Positions 30,863-41,136 of a stretch of 64,000 nt of DNA are shown piece after piece. Position 1 is the stretch's first letter. Every line of letters begins with the position of its first letter. The position numbers were made by a program, and so were the translations under genes. The notes below the pieces were generated by a model, which was not told the DNA's origin, did not search any database, and saw nothing but the letters and a program-made list of their open reading frames with translations. This DNA is from a virus: the IMG/VR virus record IMGVR_UViG_3300032291_002524, positions 32,001-96,000 of that record. One strand, given 5' to 3'.

Positions 30863-31714
30863 ATGAAAAAGTTATTATTAGGGTTGCTAATGATGTTGTC
30901 GATGACAGCACAAGCACAGACAAAATGCGATTGGTCAGGGTATGAAATGAGAAAAACTTATCAAAGTTATAATCATTTTGAATTTAGAACTAACTTATAT
31001 GATGATACTTGTATCACATACAACTGGTTAGTTTATGATTATCAGACAAGAAAAGTAGATACATTATATGAGATTATTACAGGAGCTGTTCAAGTACGGT
31101 TTAACGTAAAAGGAAGATATAAATTAGGAATCAGAGCATACAATCGATGTACTGATTGTGATACTACATTCCAAACAGAAATTGATATTACAGTGTATGG
31201 TGAAAAAGCTAAATTGAGTTATAAACCATCAATTAAAGACTGTAAAACATATACCTTTGAAATGGAGAATATGAAGGATTCTTGTATGTCTTATATGTAT
31301 GAAATTTGGGATGCTACTGAATATGCATCTAAAATGACAGATAAGGAATGGAAATCGCATTCAGATAGTATGTTTTATTTTGATTACGAGTTTAATGAAA
31401 ATAATATAGAATACTACTCTCAGAAATCAGAACGAGTGCTGGACTTTACATTTCCTGATTCAGGACGTTATATGATTTTAACATACTTACAAAATGCCTG
31501 TACTGAAATTGACACGTTTATTTTTACTAAAATTGTGGTATGTCCATCTGAAGTAACTACTAGTGTTAAAAATATTGTTAAAAACAATGATATTAAAATT
31601 ATCGGGTATTATGACCTAATGGGTAGACAAGTTGATTATATGAGACCTAATGAGGTATATATCGTACTATATAGTAATGGACATCGTAGAAAAGTAATGC
31701 AAGTACAGAACTAA
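30863..31714 (+). CDS. secreted PKD/Ig-like protein with T9SS-like C-terminal tail
   Basis: signal peptide; two beta-rich repeats; C-terminal IGYYDLMGRQV...YIVLYSNG..RKV. Confidence 0.6.
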   Translation: MKKLLLGLLMMLSMTAQAQTKCDWSGYEMRKTYQSYNHFEFRTNLYDDTCITYNWLVYDYQTRKVDTLYEIITGAVQVRFNVKGRYKLGIRAYNRCTDCDTTFQTEIDITVYGEKAKLSYKPSIKDCKTYTFEMENMKDSCMSYMYEIWDATEYASKMTDKEWKSHSDSMFYFDYEFNENNIEYYSQKSERVLDFTFPDSGRYMILTYLQNACTEIDTFIFTKIVVCPSEVTTSVKNIVKNNDIKIIGYYDLMGRQVDYMRPNEVYIVLYSNGHRRKVMQVQN

Positions 31715-31772
31715 ATAAATTTTTACAAACCCCAATCTTTAAAGGTTGGGGTTTTTTTCTTATATTTTAAAT

Positions 31773-32465
31773 ATGATGAAAAATTCACCAACAATAACTG
31801 TAATGTTTGCATACCTACTAACGATATTTTCTTTAGTTATGGTATCATCTTACGTTTCACCAACCAATACGACACGGTTAGATAAAATTGACACAATTAA
31901 AGTTATTGATACAATAAAACAAATCGATGTTAAAAACAAAGTATCACTTTTTATTGGTGATTCACATACAACAAATTTTAAAAATGGTTGGCAGAAGATT
32001 TTATGTGATAAAACAGGAATGGTGTGTATAAATTCGGCCATGGGTGGTAAAACAACATATTATATGTTGGACGTTGCTGTCCTTAAATTGAATAAAAATA
32101 TTGATTATTGTTTTATTTATGGTGGAGCAAATGACATGTATTCGAATTCGATATCACCTCAGGACGCTTTTGATAATATTAAATCCATATCAAGATTATG
32201 TAATTCACATGGTATTAAGTGTTATATTTTAACAGGTTTTGACGCAACAAAATGCACAAAAACATCAAATATAAATTATCCAAAAAGATATTCAAAGTTT
32301 CAGGAATTATTATTAACCGAAAAAATTAATGGTGCCAAAGTTATTGATACAAGAATTATTGAACGTAGTGATTGTTGGGATAATCTATGTCATATGAATC
32401 CAAAAGGTCATAAGAAAATTGCCGATAAAATTATTAAAGATTTAAACTTGAAAATCACACAATAA
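31773..32465 (+). CDS. SGNH/GDSL hydrolase, membrane-anchored
   Basis: FIGDSHT, GGAND, DNLCHMNPKGH. Confidence 0.85.
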   Translation: MMKNSPTITVMFAYLLTIFSLVMVSSYVSPTNTTRLDKIDTIKVIDTIKQIDVKNKVSLFIGDSHTTNFKNGWQKILCDKTGMVCINSAMGGKTTYYMLDVAVLKLNKNIDYCFIYGGANDMYSNSISPQDAFDNIKSISRLCNSHGIKCYILTGFDATKCTKTSNINYPKRYSKFQELLLTEKINGAKVIDTRIIERSDCWDNLCHMNPKGHKKIADKIIKDLNLKITQ

Positions 32466-32482
32466 TTTATTATTTTTGTAAA

Positions 32483-33502
32483 ATGGATTTAAACACCCTA
32501 AATAGATATTATGAAGATGGTTTACTTTACAAACAAGTACACCCAACACTTCCATTAACCATTTGGAACTATACAGAAAAAGTTCAATATAATGGTTTAT
32601 GGGATGAAATCACATTGTCCTGTCGTGGATTAGTAACCGATAATCTTGGTAATATTGTTGCAAGACCATTTAAAAAGTTCTTTAATCTTGAAGAGGGTAA
32701 ACACACACCGACACAAGATTTTGAAGTTTTCGAAAAAATGGACGGTTCAATGGGTATAATGTTCAAATACTCAGGTGAAACAATATTTGCAACTCGAGGG
32801 TCGTTCATTTCTGAACAATCAAAATGGATGTCCGATTTTGCAACCACCTATAATTATCAAGACATCATTGTCGATGGATTCACTTATTTATTTGAAATTA
32901 TATATGAAAACAATAGGATTGTTGTCGATTACGGTAACCAAGAAAGATTAGTATTATTAGGGATTATCAATACTGAAACAGGTGAAGAACTACCATATAA
33001 CGATATTTATTCTGATGGTTGGGATATTGTTCAAAGATATGACGGAATTAAAGATTATTCTAATTTAAAGAATCTTGTTGAAGCTAATCATGAAGGATTC
33101 GTCATTCGTTTTTCTAATGGGGACCGAATGAAAATTAAGGGTGAAGAATATATTCGTCTTCACAGAATTATGACTAATTTATCAACAACTTCAATATGGG
33201 ACGTATTGTCTAATGGTGGTAATATGGAAAATTTACTTATAAATGTTCCAGATGAGTTTTATAATAAAATTAAGGAATATGAAGATGAACTTAAGTTTAT
33301 GTTTAACTCATTGAGTAATGATTATTGGATTCATTTTAGAGACATTCAAAATTTGATGGAAAAAGTTGGTGGTGACCGTAAGAACTTTGCTCACGCAGCA
33401 AAACAATATCAGTACCCATCATTGTTGTTTGGTCTATTGGATGGTAAAGATGTTTCACCTATTATTTGGAAAATTATTAAACCTGAATTTAAAAAATTAT
33501 AA
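32483..33502 (+). CDS. RNA ligase 1 (T4 RnlA-like)
   Basis: CRGLV...ARPFKKFFN, EKMDGS, ATRGSF, FEII, EGFVI, KIKGEEY. Confidence 0.9.
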   Translation: MDLNTLNRYYEDGLLYKQVHPTLPLTIWNYTEKVQYNGLWDEITLSCRGLVTDNLGNIVARPFKKFFNLEEGKHTPTQDFEVFEKMDGSMGIMFKYSGETIFATRGSFISEQSKWMSDFATTYNYQDIIVDGFTYLFEIIYENNRIVVDYGNQERLVLLGIINTETGEELPYNDIYSDGWDIVQRYDGIKDYSNLKNLVEANHEGFVIRFSNGDRMKIKGEEYIRLHRIMTNLSTTSIWDVLSNGGNMENLLINVPDEFYNKIKEYEDELKFMFNSLSNDYWIHFRDIQNLMEKVGGDRKNFAHAAKQYQYPSLLFGLLDGKDVSPIIWKIIKPEFKKL

Positions 33503-33511
33503 ATAAAAAAA

Positions 33512-33727
33512 ATGAATAATATAGACAAAAAATATATCATTGACGGAATTACTATCAATAAAACAAAAGAGGGTTATAGAGTTTTTACAATACCGACCCA
33601 ACATTTTGATATTATTGATTTAGATGAACTAACTAATGATAGATTTGATTTTGAAATTAAACGACAGGAAAAATATGAAGAAGATGGTTCCGAATTAGTT
33701 AAATTATGGGTAAATGAAAATGAATAA
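33512..33727 (+). CDS. small hypothetical protein
   Basis: 71 aa ORF whose start MNNIDKKY resembles the thyA N-terminus. Confidence 0.6.
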   Translation: MNNIDKKYIIDGITINKTKEGYRVFTIPTQHFDIIDLDELTNDRFDFEIKRQEKYEEDGSELVKLWVNENE

Positions 33728-33800
33728 TTTAGATAAACAATACAAAGCATTACTCCAGGATATTTTAGATAACGGAGTTGAAAAAAAAGATAGAAACTGA
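33720..33800 (+). pseudogene. orphaned 5' fragment of thyA
   Basis: MNNLDKQYKALLQDILDNGVEKKDRN* aligns to the N-terminus of the intact thyA at 34688. Confidence 0.8.
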
Positions 33801-33839
33801 GTAGAAAAGTTAGATTGTAGATATTTATAATAAAAGAGT

Positions 33840-34691
33840 ATGATTATCTATAAAACAACCAACACTATAAACGGCAAAATATATGTAGGCCAGGATAAAA
33901 ACAACAACCCTAATTATTACGGTAGTGGTAAGTTATTACAAAAAGCCGTAAGGAAATACGGTAAAGAAAAATTCAAGAAAGAGGTGTTAGAGGTTTGTGA
34001 AAGCGAATCACACTTAAATAACAGAGAGGTTTTTTGGATACGTGAGCTGAACTCAACTGATAGGAGTATCGGATATAATATTAGTGATGGTAGTAAGGAA
34101 GGTGATAGAAAAATTGGACATGATATCGCCAAAGGTGGTATATACAATTACTGGGTAAAAAAGTACGGGGTTGAGGAAGCAGAACGTAGAAACCAGATTA
34201 AGATTGAAAAGATAAGAAAAAGAAATCATGATAATGGCACCAGCTTAACAAAAAAAGGTAGATACGCTATATGGTTGGAGAAGTATGGTGAAGAGGATGC
34301 TAATAGAAGATATGATGAATGGAGGATAAAGATATCTCAGTATCAACAATATAAAATAGAGAGTGGTTGGAAACATAGTGATGATGCAAAGAAAAAAATA
34401 TCTGAATCTTCTAAAGGTAGAGTATGTAGCGATGAGACTAAACAAAAACTGAGGAAGCCTAAACCAACAGGATTTTCAGATAAGATATCTAAAAGTAAAA
34501 AGGGAGTTAAGTTGGGCCCGTCTAAGAAAAGAAAACCAATACTTCAATTCGATATGGATAATATCTTCATTAAAGAATGGGAAAGTGTTAGTAGTGCAGA
34601 ATCGGAGTTAAAAATATACAACATAAACGCTGTTTGTAAAGGTAAACAACAAACAGCTGGTGGTTATAAATGGAAATATAAAACAATATGA
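33840..34691 (+). CDS. GIY-YIG (Seg-like) homing endonuclease with NUMOD motifs
   Basis: IIYKTTNTINGKIYVGQ, YYGSG, HSDDAKKKIS, TAGGYKWKY. Confidence 0.9.
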   Translation: MIIYKTTNTINGKIYVGQDKNNNPNYYGSGKLLQKAVRKYGKEKFKKEVLEVCESESHLNNREVFWIRELNSTDRSIGYNISDGSKEGDRKIGHDIAKGGIYNYWVKKYGVEEAERRNQIKIEKIRKRNHDNGTSLTKKGRYAIWLEKYGEEDANRRYDEWRIKISQYQQYKIESGWKHSDDAKKKISESSKGRVCSDETKQKLRKPKPTGFSDKISKSKKGVKLGPSKKRKPILQFDMDNIFIKEWESVSSAESELKIYNINAVCKGKQQTAGGYKWKYKTI

Positions 34692-35836
34692 AAAATGGAT
34701 TAGATGAACAATATATAGACCTTTTAAAGGATATATTAGAAAATGGGGTAAAGAAGAATACTCGTAATGGTGAGGTTTTGAGCGTATTTGGACGTACTAT
34801 TAGATATAAGTTTAAAGATGGTAAATTTCCACTTCTTACAACCAAGAAGATGGCTTGGAAAACTATGGTGACCGAGTTGTTATGGTTCTTACGTGGTAGC
34901 ACAAACATTAAATATTTAGTAGATAATAATTGTCATATTTGGGATGGTGATTGCTTCTTTCATTATCTGAAGAATGTAGATGACACTATAAAAAATAAAT
35001 TTGGAATCGGACCTATAATCTATGGCAAAGAAGAATTCATCAACAAAATCAAAACTGATGATGAGTTTGCTAATAAGTGGGGTGAACTCGGACCCGTGTA
35101 TGGTAAGCAATGGAGAAGTTGGGGTAAGGATTTCAAACAAATACCAAATGAAACTGGGAATGGTGTTTACAATATTACAACAACAGGTATAGACCAAATC
35201 GCAAACCTAATCAACGACCTTAAAACAAATCCAGACTCAAGACGATTAATGGTTAGTGCTTGGAATGTAAGTGAAATTGATTCGATGGTACTACCACCTT
35301 GTCATTATGGATTTCAAGTTTATACAAGAGAGTTGAGTGAAGGTGAGAGAGGACTATTGTTACAACCTTACGGATTAGACCCTTTAACAAAAGAAGGTAG
35401 AGATAGGTTATGGAAAGAAAATAATTTACCAACCAGAGCAATCTCTTTAATGTGGAACCAACGTTCATGCGATGTTCCACTCGGGATTCCAATGAACATT
35501 GCATCGTATGGGTTATTATTGGAAATTATTGCCAAACTAGTTAATATGGTTCCTGACGAATTGATTGGTAATTTGGGTGATTGTCATATATACCTAAATC
35601 AAATTGAAGGTACAAAAGAACAAATCGGAAGAGAACCATTTGAATTACCTAAATTAAATATCAACACCGAGTTTTGGCCTTACGAAAGTGGCGAATGCGG
35701 TGTAGGACCAATTGATAGTACTTCGGTATTAAATAGTTTTAATGATGATAATTTTTGTAAGTGTCTCTTAAATGACGATATCCAACTAAGTAATTACCAA
35801 TCTCATCCCAAGATTTATTTTCCACTATCTAATTGA
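34688..35836 (+). CDS. thyA: thymidylate synthase
   Basis: FPLLTTKK, ELLWFLRG, LGPVYGKQWR, PDSRR, LPPCH, QRSCD, DCHIY. Confidence 0.95.
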   Translation: MKNGLDEQYIDLLKDILENGVKKNTRNGEVLSVFGRTIRYKFKDGKFPLLTTKKMAWKTMVTELLWFLRGSTNIKYLVDNNCHIWDGDCFFHYLKNVDDTIKNKFGIGPIIYGKEEFINKIKTDDEFANKWGELGPVYGKQWRSWGKDFKQIPNETGNGVYNITTTGIDQIANLINDLKTNPDSRRLMVSAWNVSEIDSMVLPPCHYGFQVYTRELSEGERGLLLQPYGLDPLTKEGRDRLWKENNLPTRAISLMWNQRSCDVPLGIPMNIASYGLLLEIIAKLVNMVPDELIGNLGDCHIYLNQIEGTKEQIGREPFELPKLNINTEFWPYESGECGVGPIDSTSVLNSFNDDNFCKCLLNDDIQLSNYQSHPKIYFPLSN

Positions 35837-35839
35837 TTT

Positions 35840-36520
35840 TTAGGACTGCCAATGTTCGAATAATTCACTTACAACCATGGTTGCTAATTTTTGTAGTTTT
35901 CGATTAAATTGATTCATTTCAAAATCTTTATTATTAAAACTTCTTAAAGTAATATTAATTAATGTATTTCTAGCTTCTTCATGAGAAGATTTCATCCTTT
36001 CAATTGCGTCTTCTTGTTCGTCTGATAAGTCGAGCCATTTCGTTTGGTCCTGAATCCACTCCCAAGGTGCATATAAATATGGTGGTGATGCCCACATATT
36101 TACAATTCCTGAGTTTCTTAAATCATCTAAAAAATTTTTAATTATATCCCATTCATTAACTTCTATATTTGAATATAAAACATCCCTGTTGAAAAACTTA
36201 CTAAGGTTGTCAACTTCATTAAGTAAATCTAATCTTTTATGTTCGGATAATTCACTAAAGACTTTAACCTTCTTTTTTTCCCCGATTTTTGTTTCTGAAA
36301 GAACATTTTCATCTTCAAAATCCCACGCATCTGAATCGGGTATTAAATCTAATGTCGAACCATTATCCCAGTTTACTGAGTATTGAAATCCCATCCCAAA
36401 AGGAACTTGGACTATTTTTTTAACTGTGCCTGTGGTTCCAATTGGGACACTTATAGTATCACCGTCCATATAATAACAAACTATTCTGTCACCAGGTTTT
36501 AATTTAGGATTTAACGCCAT
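35840..36520 (-). CDS. hypothetical protein with DUF4314-like N-terminus
   Basis: GDRI...VPIGTTGTV...VNWDNGSTLDLIPDSD; start reassigned to MALNPK. Confidence 0.65.
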   Translation of the reverse strand: MALNPKLKPGDRIVCYYMDGDTISVPIGTTGTVKKIVQVPFGMGFQYSVNWDNGSTLDLIPDSDAWDFEDENVLSETKIGEKKKVKVFSELSEHKRLDLLNEVDNLSKFFNRDVLYSNIEVNEWDIIKNFLDDLRNSGIVNMWASPPYLYAPWEWIQDQTKWLDLSDEQEDAIERMKSSHEEARNTLINITLRSFNNKDFEMNQFNRKLQKLATMVVSELFEHWQS

Positions 36521-36545
36521 ATTATAATATTTATTATTAATAAAT

Positions 36546-37157
36546 ATGAAGATTATTATTAGAGAAGAACAATATAGAATTATTTTGGAAGAAAATTTTA
36601 AATCTAATATTGTTAAAAAACTTGACGAATTAAAAGATTTCACATCTAACGTGATTGATGATTTAAGAAAATCATTTAATTTCAATGTTAAATTTGGTAT
36701 AACCTACGGTGTTGGTATTGGGGTCATATTATCACATATTATCGATTATTTACAAGGTAAATACACTTCATTAACAGACAATGAAATTAAGATGTTAGCC
36801 ATGGCGGCAATAATGGTTGTTTTTTATGAAACAAAGGATGTTTTAAAATTGGAAGAAAAAATCGATTCGAATGGATTATCTAATGAATTTGCAGATGTTA
36901 CAACATTTACCGACAATTTAAAGTTAAGATATTCTAAAATACTTAAGTCATTAGGTATGAGTTTGTGGAGAGGGACCGACATCTTGGGATACGCCTTTTT
37001 ATTACCAATAATTGGTGAAATAGGGAAATTCTTAAATAGTAATAATATTAATGATATTGACTTTGAAGTGATATCTAAAAGTATTAGTATTTCAACAGGT
37101 ATAATTATTACAGGTCATATACTTAGACGAATGTTTGATAAATTTTCAAAATCATAA
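36546..37157 (+). CDS. membrane protein with MKIII.E.QY N-terminal motif
   Basis: hydrophobic helices; N-terminus shared with the LRR-like paralogues. Confidence 0.7.
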   Translation: MKIIIREEQYRIILEENFKSNIVKKLDELKDFTSNVIDDLRKSFNFNVKFGITYGVGIGVILSHIIDYLQGKYTSLTDNEIKMLAMAAIMVVFYETKDVLKLEEKIDSNGLSNEFADVTTFTDNLKLRYSKILKSLGMSLWRGTDILGYAFLLPIIGEIGKFLNSNNINDIDFEVISKSISISTGIIITGHILRRMFDKFSKS

Positions 37158-37442
37158 ATACTCAAAAACGATACAATCGTTTGCATAATACAATCTTCTA
37201 ACCTGTCTCTTATCTACCTGTTTACCCATTTCAATCATAGTATCCTTATCTGATAATTTTACACTCTTTGTTTTTGGTTTTTTGTTTTGGGTGTTATTTG
37301 TAGGTTTTGTTCTCATTGGTTTAAAATATTCATCAAGAGCAAAAATAAGTTCTTCTCTTGATTTATCAAAATTCAAACCTTCTTTTTTACAAATATTTTT
37401 CAGTTGAGTAGTTTCCAATTTATCAAGTTCAAATTTTTCCAT
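37152..37442 (-). CDS. small hypothetical protein (SAP-like N-terminus)
   Basis: TQLKNICKKEGL. Confidence 0.6.
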   Translation of the reverse strand: MEKFELDKLETTQLKNICKKEGLNFDKSREELIFALDEYFKPMRTKPTNNTQNKKPKTKSVKLSDKDTMIEMGKQVDKRQVRRLYYANDCIVFEYL

Positions 37443-38037
37443 ATCTTTCTTCGTATTTCTTCATCAATTCATTTTTTAATTTTTCAAAATCTTTTTTAGA
37501 CATATCAGATTCTGTAAAATTTCTTGAATACCATTGATTTAAAGCGGTATCTAAATCAATATTTCTGAGTTTCATGACCCTACGCAAACCTCTAAACAAT
37601 GCCGGTATTTCATGTGGTTGTAGATAATATTTATAGTTTTTTGGTTGTTTTTTGTACGGTACTGAAGGTAATTCACTATTTTTTCTAAGACCCAAGTATT
37701 GATAATGATGCTCGTATTCATGAGCAATGATATCATTTAAATCTGCTATTAAATCATATAAAAGTTCGGGGTAATAATCTTCATTGATAAATAAAACCAC
37801 CTGAATTGTTTCGGTTTCATCGTCATAATTACCATCAACAAAAAATTTATGGTCATCCTCTTTCCAATTATTATTCCAATCAAAATATACTTTAATTTCT
37901 TTGTCGTAATATTCATCACCATCTAAATCAGAGGGTAATTCCCAACTACCAACTTCACCACTTCTAACAATTTTAATAATATCTCTAACGATTTTACGGG
38001 TAGTAAAATCTATACTTTCATTTATCATACGCTCCAT
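37429..38037 (-). CDS. HExxH zincin-like protein
   Basis: IAHEYEHHYQ...YYLQPHEIPA. Confidence 0.7.
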   Translation of the reverse strand: MERMINESIDFTTRKIVRDIIKIVRSGEVGSWELPSDLDGDEYYDKEIKVYFDWNNNWKEDDHKFFVDGNYDDETETIQVVLFINEDYYPELLYDLIADLNDIIAHEYEHHYQYLGLRKNSELPSVPYKKQPKNYKYYLQPHEIPALFRGLRRVMKLRNIDLDTALNQWYSRNFTESDMSKKDFEKLKNELMKKYEERYGKI

Positions 38038-38477
38038 CTTACTTCATTTATTAATATATTACCTTCAACATTACATAGTTTTTCAAAAAAAAATAATTCA
38101 TATTCCATAACCCTAATAAAATGTGAATACCTTATCATTTCTTTGTTGAATTTACCATTTTGCAAATCACTAATCTTAAAAAACAAATCTATAAACTCAT
38201 TTGAATTTAAATTATGTTCAACAATATCAACATCAAAATAATAATGTAAAACCCAATCACCAATACTTATCATCGGTCTGATATTATTAAGACTAAATTT
38301 AATTTTCATTGTCCCAAGAACTATCGGGTCATCAAAAATTTTCGATTTTAACGGTAAATACATTGGGACTTCAAAAGTATCATCAGAAACCATTTCTAAA
38401 CAAGGTACAACGGTCTTTTTAACATTTTCAATATCTTCAAGTGCACTTTCTATATCAGGATAAATTTTTATTGACAT
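38025..38477 (-). CDS. hypothetical protein
   Basis: 150 aa ORF with TATTTAT motif upstream. Confidence 0.65.
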   Translation of the reverse strand: MSIKIYPDIESALEDIENVKKTVVPCLEMVSDDTFEVPMYLPLKSKIFDDPIVLGTMKIKFSLNNIRPMISIGDWVLHYYFDVDIVEHNLNSNEFIDLFFKISDLQNGKFNKEMIRYSHFIRVMEYELFFFEKLCNVEGNILINEVRWSV

Positions 38478-38525
38478 AATATATAAATATCTTGAATAAT
38501 CATAATAAAATATTATATTTTTTGT

Positions 38526-38939
38526 ATGGAATTAATATCAACCCACCCCGTAAAAAAATCTGATTTAGGTTTTCATGGTAATTTGTTTGGCGGGACTTGT
38601 TTATCGTGGTTAGATGCTGCGGCGGCCGGATATGCTATGCAATTGTGTGACACCCCAAGAATGGTTACAGTATTGATAGATGAATGTTATTTTGAAAAAC
38701 CGGCAAGAGAAGGAGACCTATTAAAAATCTACGCATATCCAAAGAAAATTGGTAATAGTTCGATTACTATTTATATGGAAGCTCGTGCACATAATGTATA
38801 TAATGGAGAACAGTCAATTGTTATTCGAACTAATATTAAATTTGTTAGAATCGATGATGATGGTAAATCAACGCCAATTAATCAAGTAGCCAAAGACAGA
38901 GTATCCAAATTGATTGAAAATTTTGACATTATAAATTAA
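38526..38939 (+). CDS. hotdog-fold acyl-CoA thioesterase
   Basis: DLGFHGNLFGG..LSWLD.AA...MVTV..D...FEKP. Confidence 0.85.
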   Translation: MELISTHPVKKSDLGFHGNLFGGTCLSWLDAAAAGYAMQLCDTPRMVTVLIDECYFEKPAREGDLLKIYAYPKKIGNSSITIYMEARAHNVYNGEQSIVIRTNIKFVRIDDDGKSTPINQVAKDRVSKLIENFDIIN

Positions 38940-38957
38940 ATTGTTTAACATAGGGTT

Positions 38958-39284
38958 ATGGAAACAATTAAAGAAAAAATCAAAACCCTATTAAAACAAG
39001 TATCAATTTATGTAATGATTGCCGTTAGTTTTTTAGTTGGAATATCAATTGGTTATTATTATGATGTTGTAAAAACAGGTTTGGTCAATAATAAATCAGA
39101 ATCTATTAAAAGGTCAGAAGTTAATTTAGCATTAGACGAACATAATAGATTGATGATAGTTAAAAAACAAAACGGAACCTACACTGTTTATGAAGATTCA
39201 ATCGGATATGTCATTTTTAATTTATACGCCAAAAGTATTTGGGGTCAGGCAACTCATCAAAAATCTGTAATCGATGGTAAATAA
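38958..39284 (+). CDS. single-TM membrane protein coupled to the transglycosylase
   Basis: N-terminal TM helix; overlaps the next gene. Confidence 0.65.
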   Translation: METIKEKIKTLLKQVSIYVMIAVSFLVGISIGYYYDVVKTGLVNNKSESIKRSEVNLALDEHNRLMIVKKQNGTYTVYEDSIGYVIFNLYAKSIWGQATHQKSVIDGK

Positions 39285-39816
39285 GGCGATTAAATTTACT
39301 TATCTTCTCTTCACTATTGGTATTCTATTAACCTCATTTTCCCTTCTTAATTATTTAGATTGTGATTCCAAACCGGATTTGAACGATATCGGACGTAACC
39401 CTAAATCTCCATCATGCCTTCAAATGTATTCGTCTATTGAAAAATACTCAAAAAAATATAATGTCCCTAAGTATGTTGCATACAATGTGGCATTTCTTGA
39501 AACTGGGTATCGGGGACCATTTCATTGGGGATATCATCCGTCACATATATCAAGTGCGGGGGCGGTCGGCCCAATGCAAATTATCACAAAATATTCGCAC
39601 AAATTTGCGGGAAAACATGTTTCACCAAATGAACTAATGAACAACATTGATTTAAATGTGATGGTAAGTATGAAAATGTTGAGAGTTTGGTATAATAAAT
39701 ACCAAACATGGGATTTAGCTTGTGGTGGGTATAACACCGGTAGACCAACAATCAACTCATATGCAATCTTTTGTTCATCAAATATGGATTACAAAAAAAA
39801 TTGGGTTTCATATTAA
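39274..39816 (+). CDS. lytic transglycosylase (SLT) with N-terminal anchor
   Basis: AFLETG, SSAGAVGPMQI, GGYNTG. Confidence 0.85.
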   Translation: MVNKAIKFTYLLFTIGILLTSFSLLNYLDCDSKPDLNDIGRNPKSPSCLQMYSSIEKYSKKYNVPKYVAYNVAFLETGYRGPFHWGYHPSHISSAGAVGPMQIITKYSHKFAGKHVSPNELMNNIDLNVMVSMKMLRVWYNKYQTWDLACGGYNTGRPTINSYAIFCSSNMDYKKNWVSY

Positions 39817-39843
39817 TAAAAAAATAACTATCTTTGTACTATA

Positions 39844-40536
39844 ATGAAAATAACATTTATTTCCGACACACATAATAAACATAAACAACTAAATGGTCTA
39901 TTACCAGGTGGTGACATGATTATTCACGCGGGTGATATGTCAGGTATGGGATATAAACACGAAATTCAACAATTTTTAAAGTGGTATAATAATTTAGATA
40001 ATTACACTCATAAGGTGTTTATCGCTGGTAACCATGATTGGGGATTTCAAACCGAACCCAAAATGTGTAAAGAACAATTGGATTTTTACGATAAGGTAAC
40101 ATACATCCAAGATAACACAAAATTAATCGGTAATGAACATCAAACACCTGTTAAAGTTTATGGTTCTCCATGGCAACCTGAGTTTTATGATTGGGCATTT
40201 AACTTACCAAGAATGGGTTGGGAATTAGAACAAAAGTGGAATGATATTCCATTAGATACTGATATTTTAATTACACACGGACCTGCTTGGGGTCACTTAG
40301 ACACAGTTAAAAGTTTAGGTGTTCCTTTGGGTTGTGAATTATTATCAGAAAGAATTAAAGTTGTTAAACCTAAAATTCACGTTTGTGGTCATATCCATAC
40401 GGGATATGGTTATAAATTTGATGGTGATACCCACTATTTTAATGCTGCGGTATTAGATGAGCAATATAATTTAACTCAAAAACCATTCACCGTGGAATGG
40501 AATCCTGAAACTAATGAAATCGAATTTATAGATTAA
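39844..40536 (+). CDS. metallophosphoesterase
   Basis: SDTH, HAGD, AGNHD, THGP, CGHIH. Confidence 0.9.
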   Translation: MKITFISDTHNKHKQLNGLLPGGDMIIHAGDMSGMGYKHEIQQFLKWYNNLDNYTHKVFIAGNHDWGFQTEPKMCKEQLDFYDKVTYIQDNTKLIGNEHQTPVKVYGSPWQPEFYDWAFNLPRMGWELEQKWNDIPLDTDILITHGPAWGHLDTVKSLGVPLGCELLSERIKVVKPKIHVCGHIHTGYGYKFDGDTHYFNAAVLDEQYNLTQKPFTVEWNPETNEIEFID

Positions 40537-40537
40537 T

Positions 40538-41116
40538 ATGAAAAAAGAATATAATCAATGGTATTGGAAATTATATAGATGGTTTAAGTGGGACGCAAAA
40601 CATCTCCATAGAGATGTAATTATAGGGGTTAAAAACCTTTGGAAATGGTTTCCTATTATTTGGAAAGACCGTGATTGGGATGATTTTTATATTTTTGAAG
40701 CTCTGAAACATAAGATTAAAAATACTGCCGATTATACAGAAAAAAAACAAAGGTTTGTTGGTTGGGAAAAGGAAGTACGTTATATGAGAATATCCGTAAA
40801 GTTAATAGATAAGATTCAAGATGAATTTTATTCGGCAGAATACTGTAACTATTTTGATATGGATGTTTCTTTCACCCCATCTAAAAATCACAAGGATTCA
40901 TTTGAAGTCGATACTACCATAAATAATGATAATGTTGACAAGTACATTTCAATGTACCCCCACGCTTATCGTAGGTTAATGAATGATAAGAATTTAATAA
41001 ACTTTCAAAAAAGTTCTCGTTCAGTTGCTATGGGTATGGGTATTATACGTCATCGTAAAGCGAAAAAACTTCTTTTTAAGATATTAGAAGAAAGAATAGA
41101 AAATTGGTGGGATTAA
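40538..41116 (+). CDS. hypothetical phage protein
   Basis: WFPIIWKDRDWD...WWD pattern. Confidence 0.7.
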   Translation: MKKEYNQWYWKLYRWFKWDAKHLHRDVIIGVKNLWKWFPIIWKDRDWDDFYIFEALKHKIKNTADYTEKKQRFVGWEKEVRYMRISVKLIDKIQDEFYSAEYCNYFDMDVSFTPSKNHKDSFEVDTTINNDNVDKYISMYPHAYRRLMNDKNLINFQKSSRSVAMGMGIIRHRKAKKLLFKILEERIENWWD

Positions 41117-41136
41117 ATAATTATAATAAAAAGAAA

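Noticed and set aside
33800-34688. T4 td-like group I intron in thyA
   Set aside because: No room for a ribozyme core around the ORF, and the downstream thyA has its own complete N-terminus.
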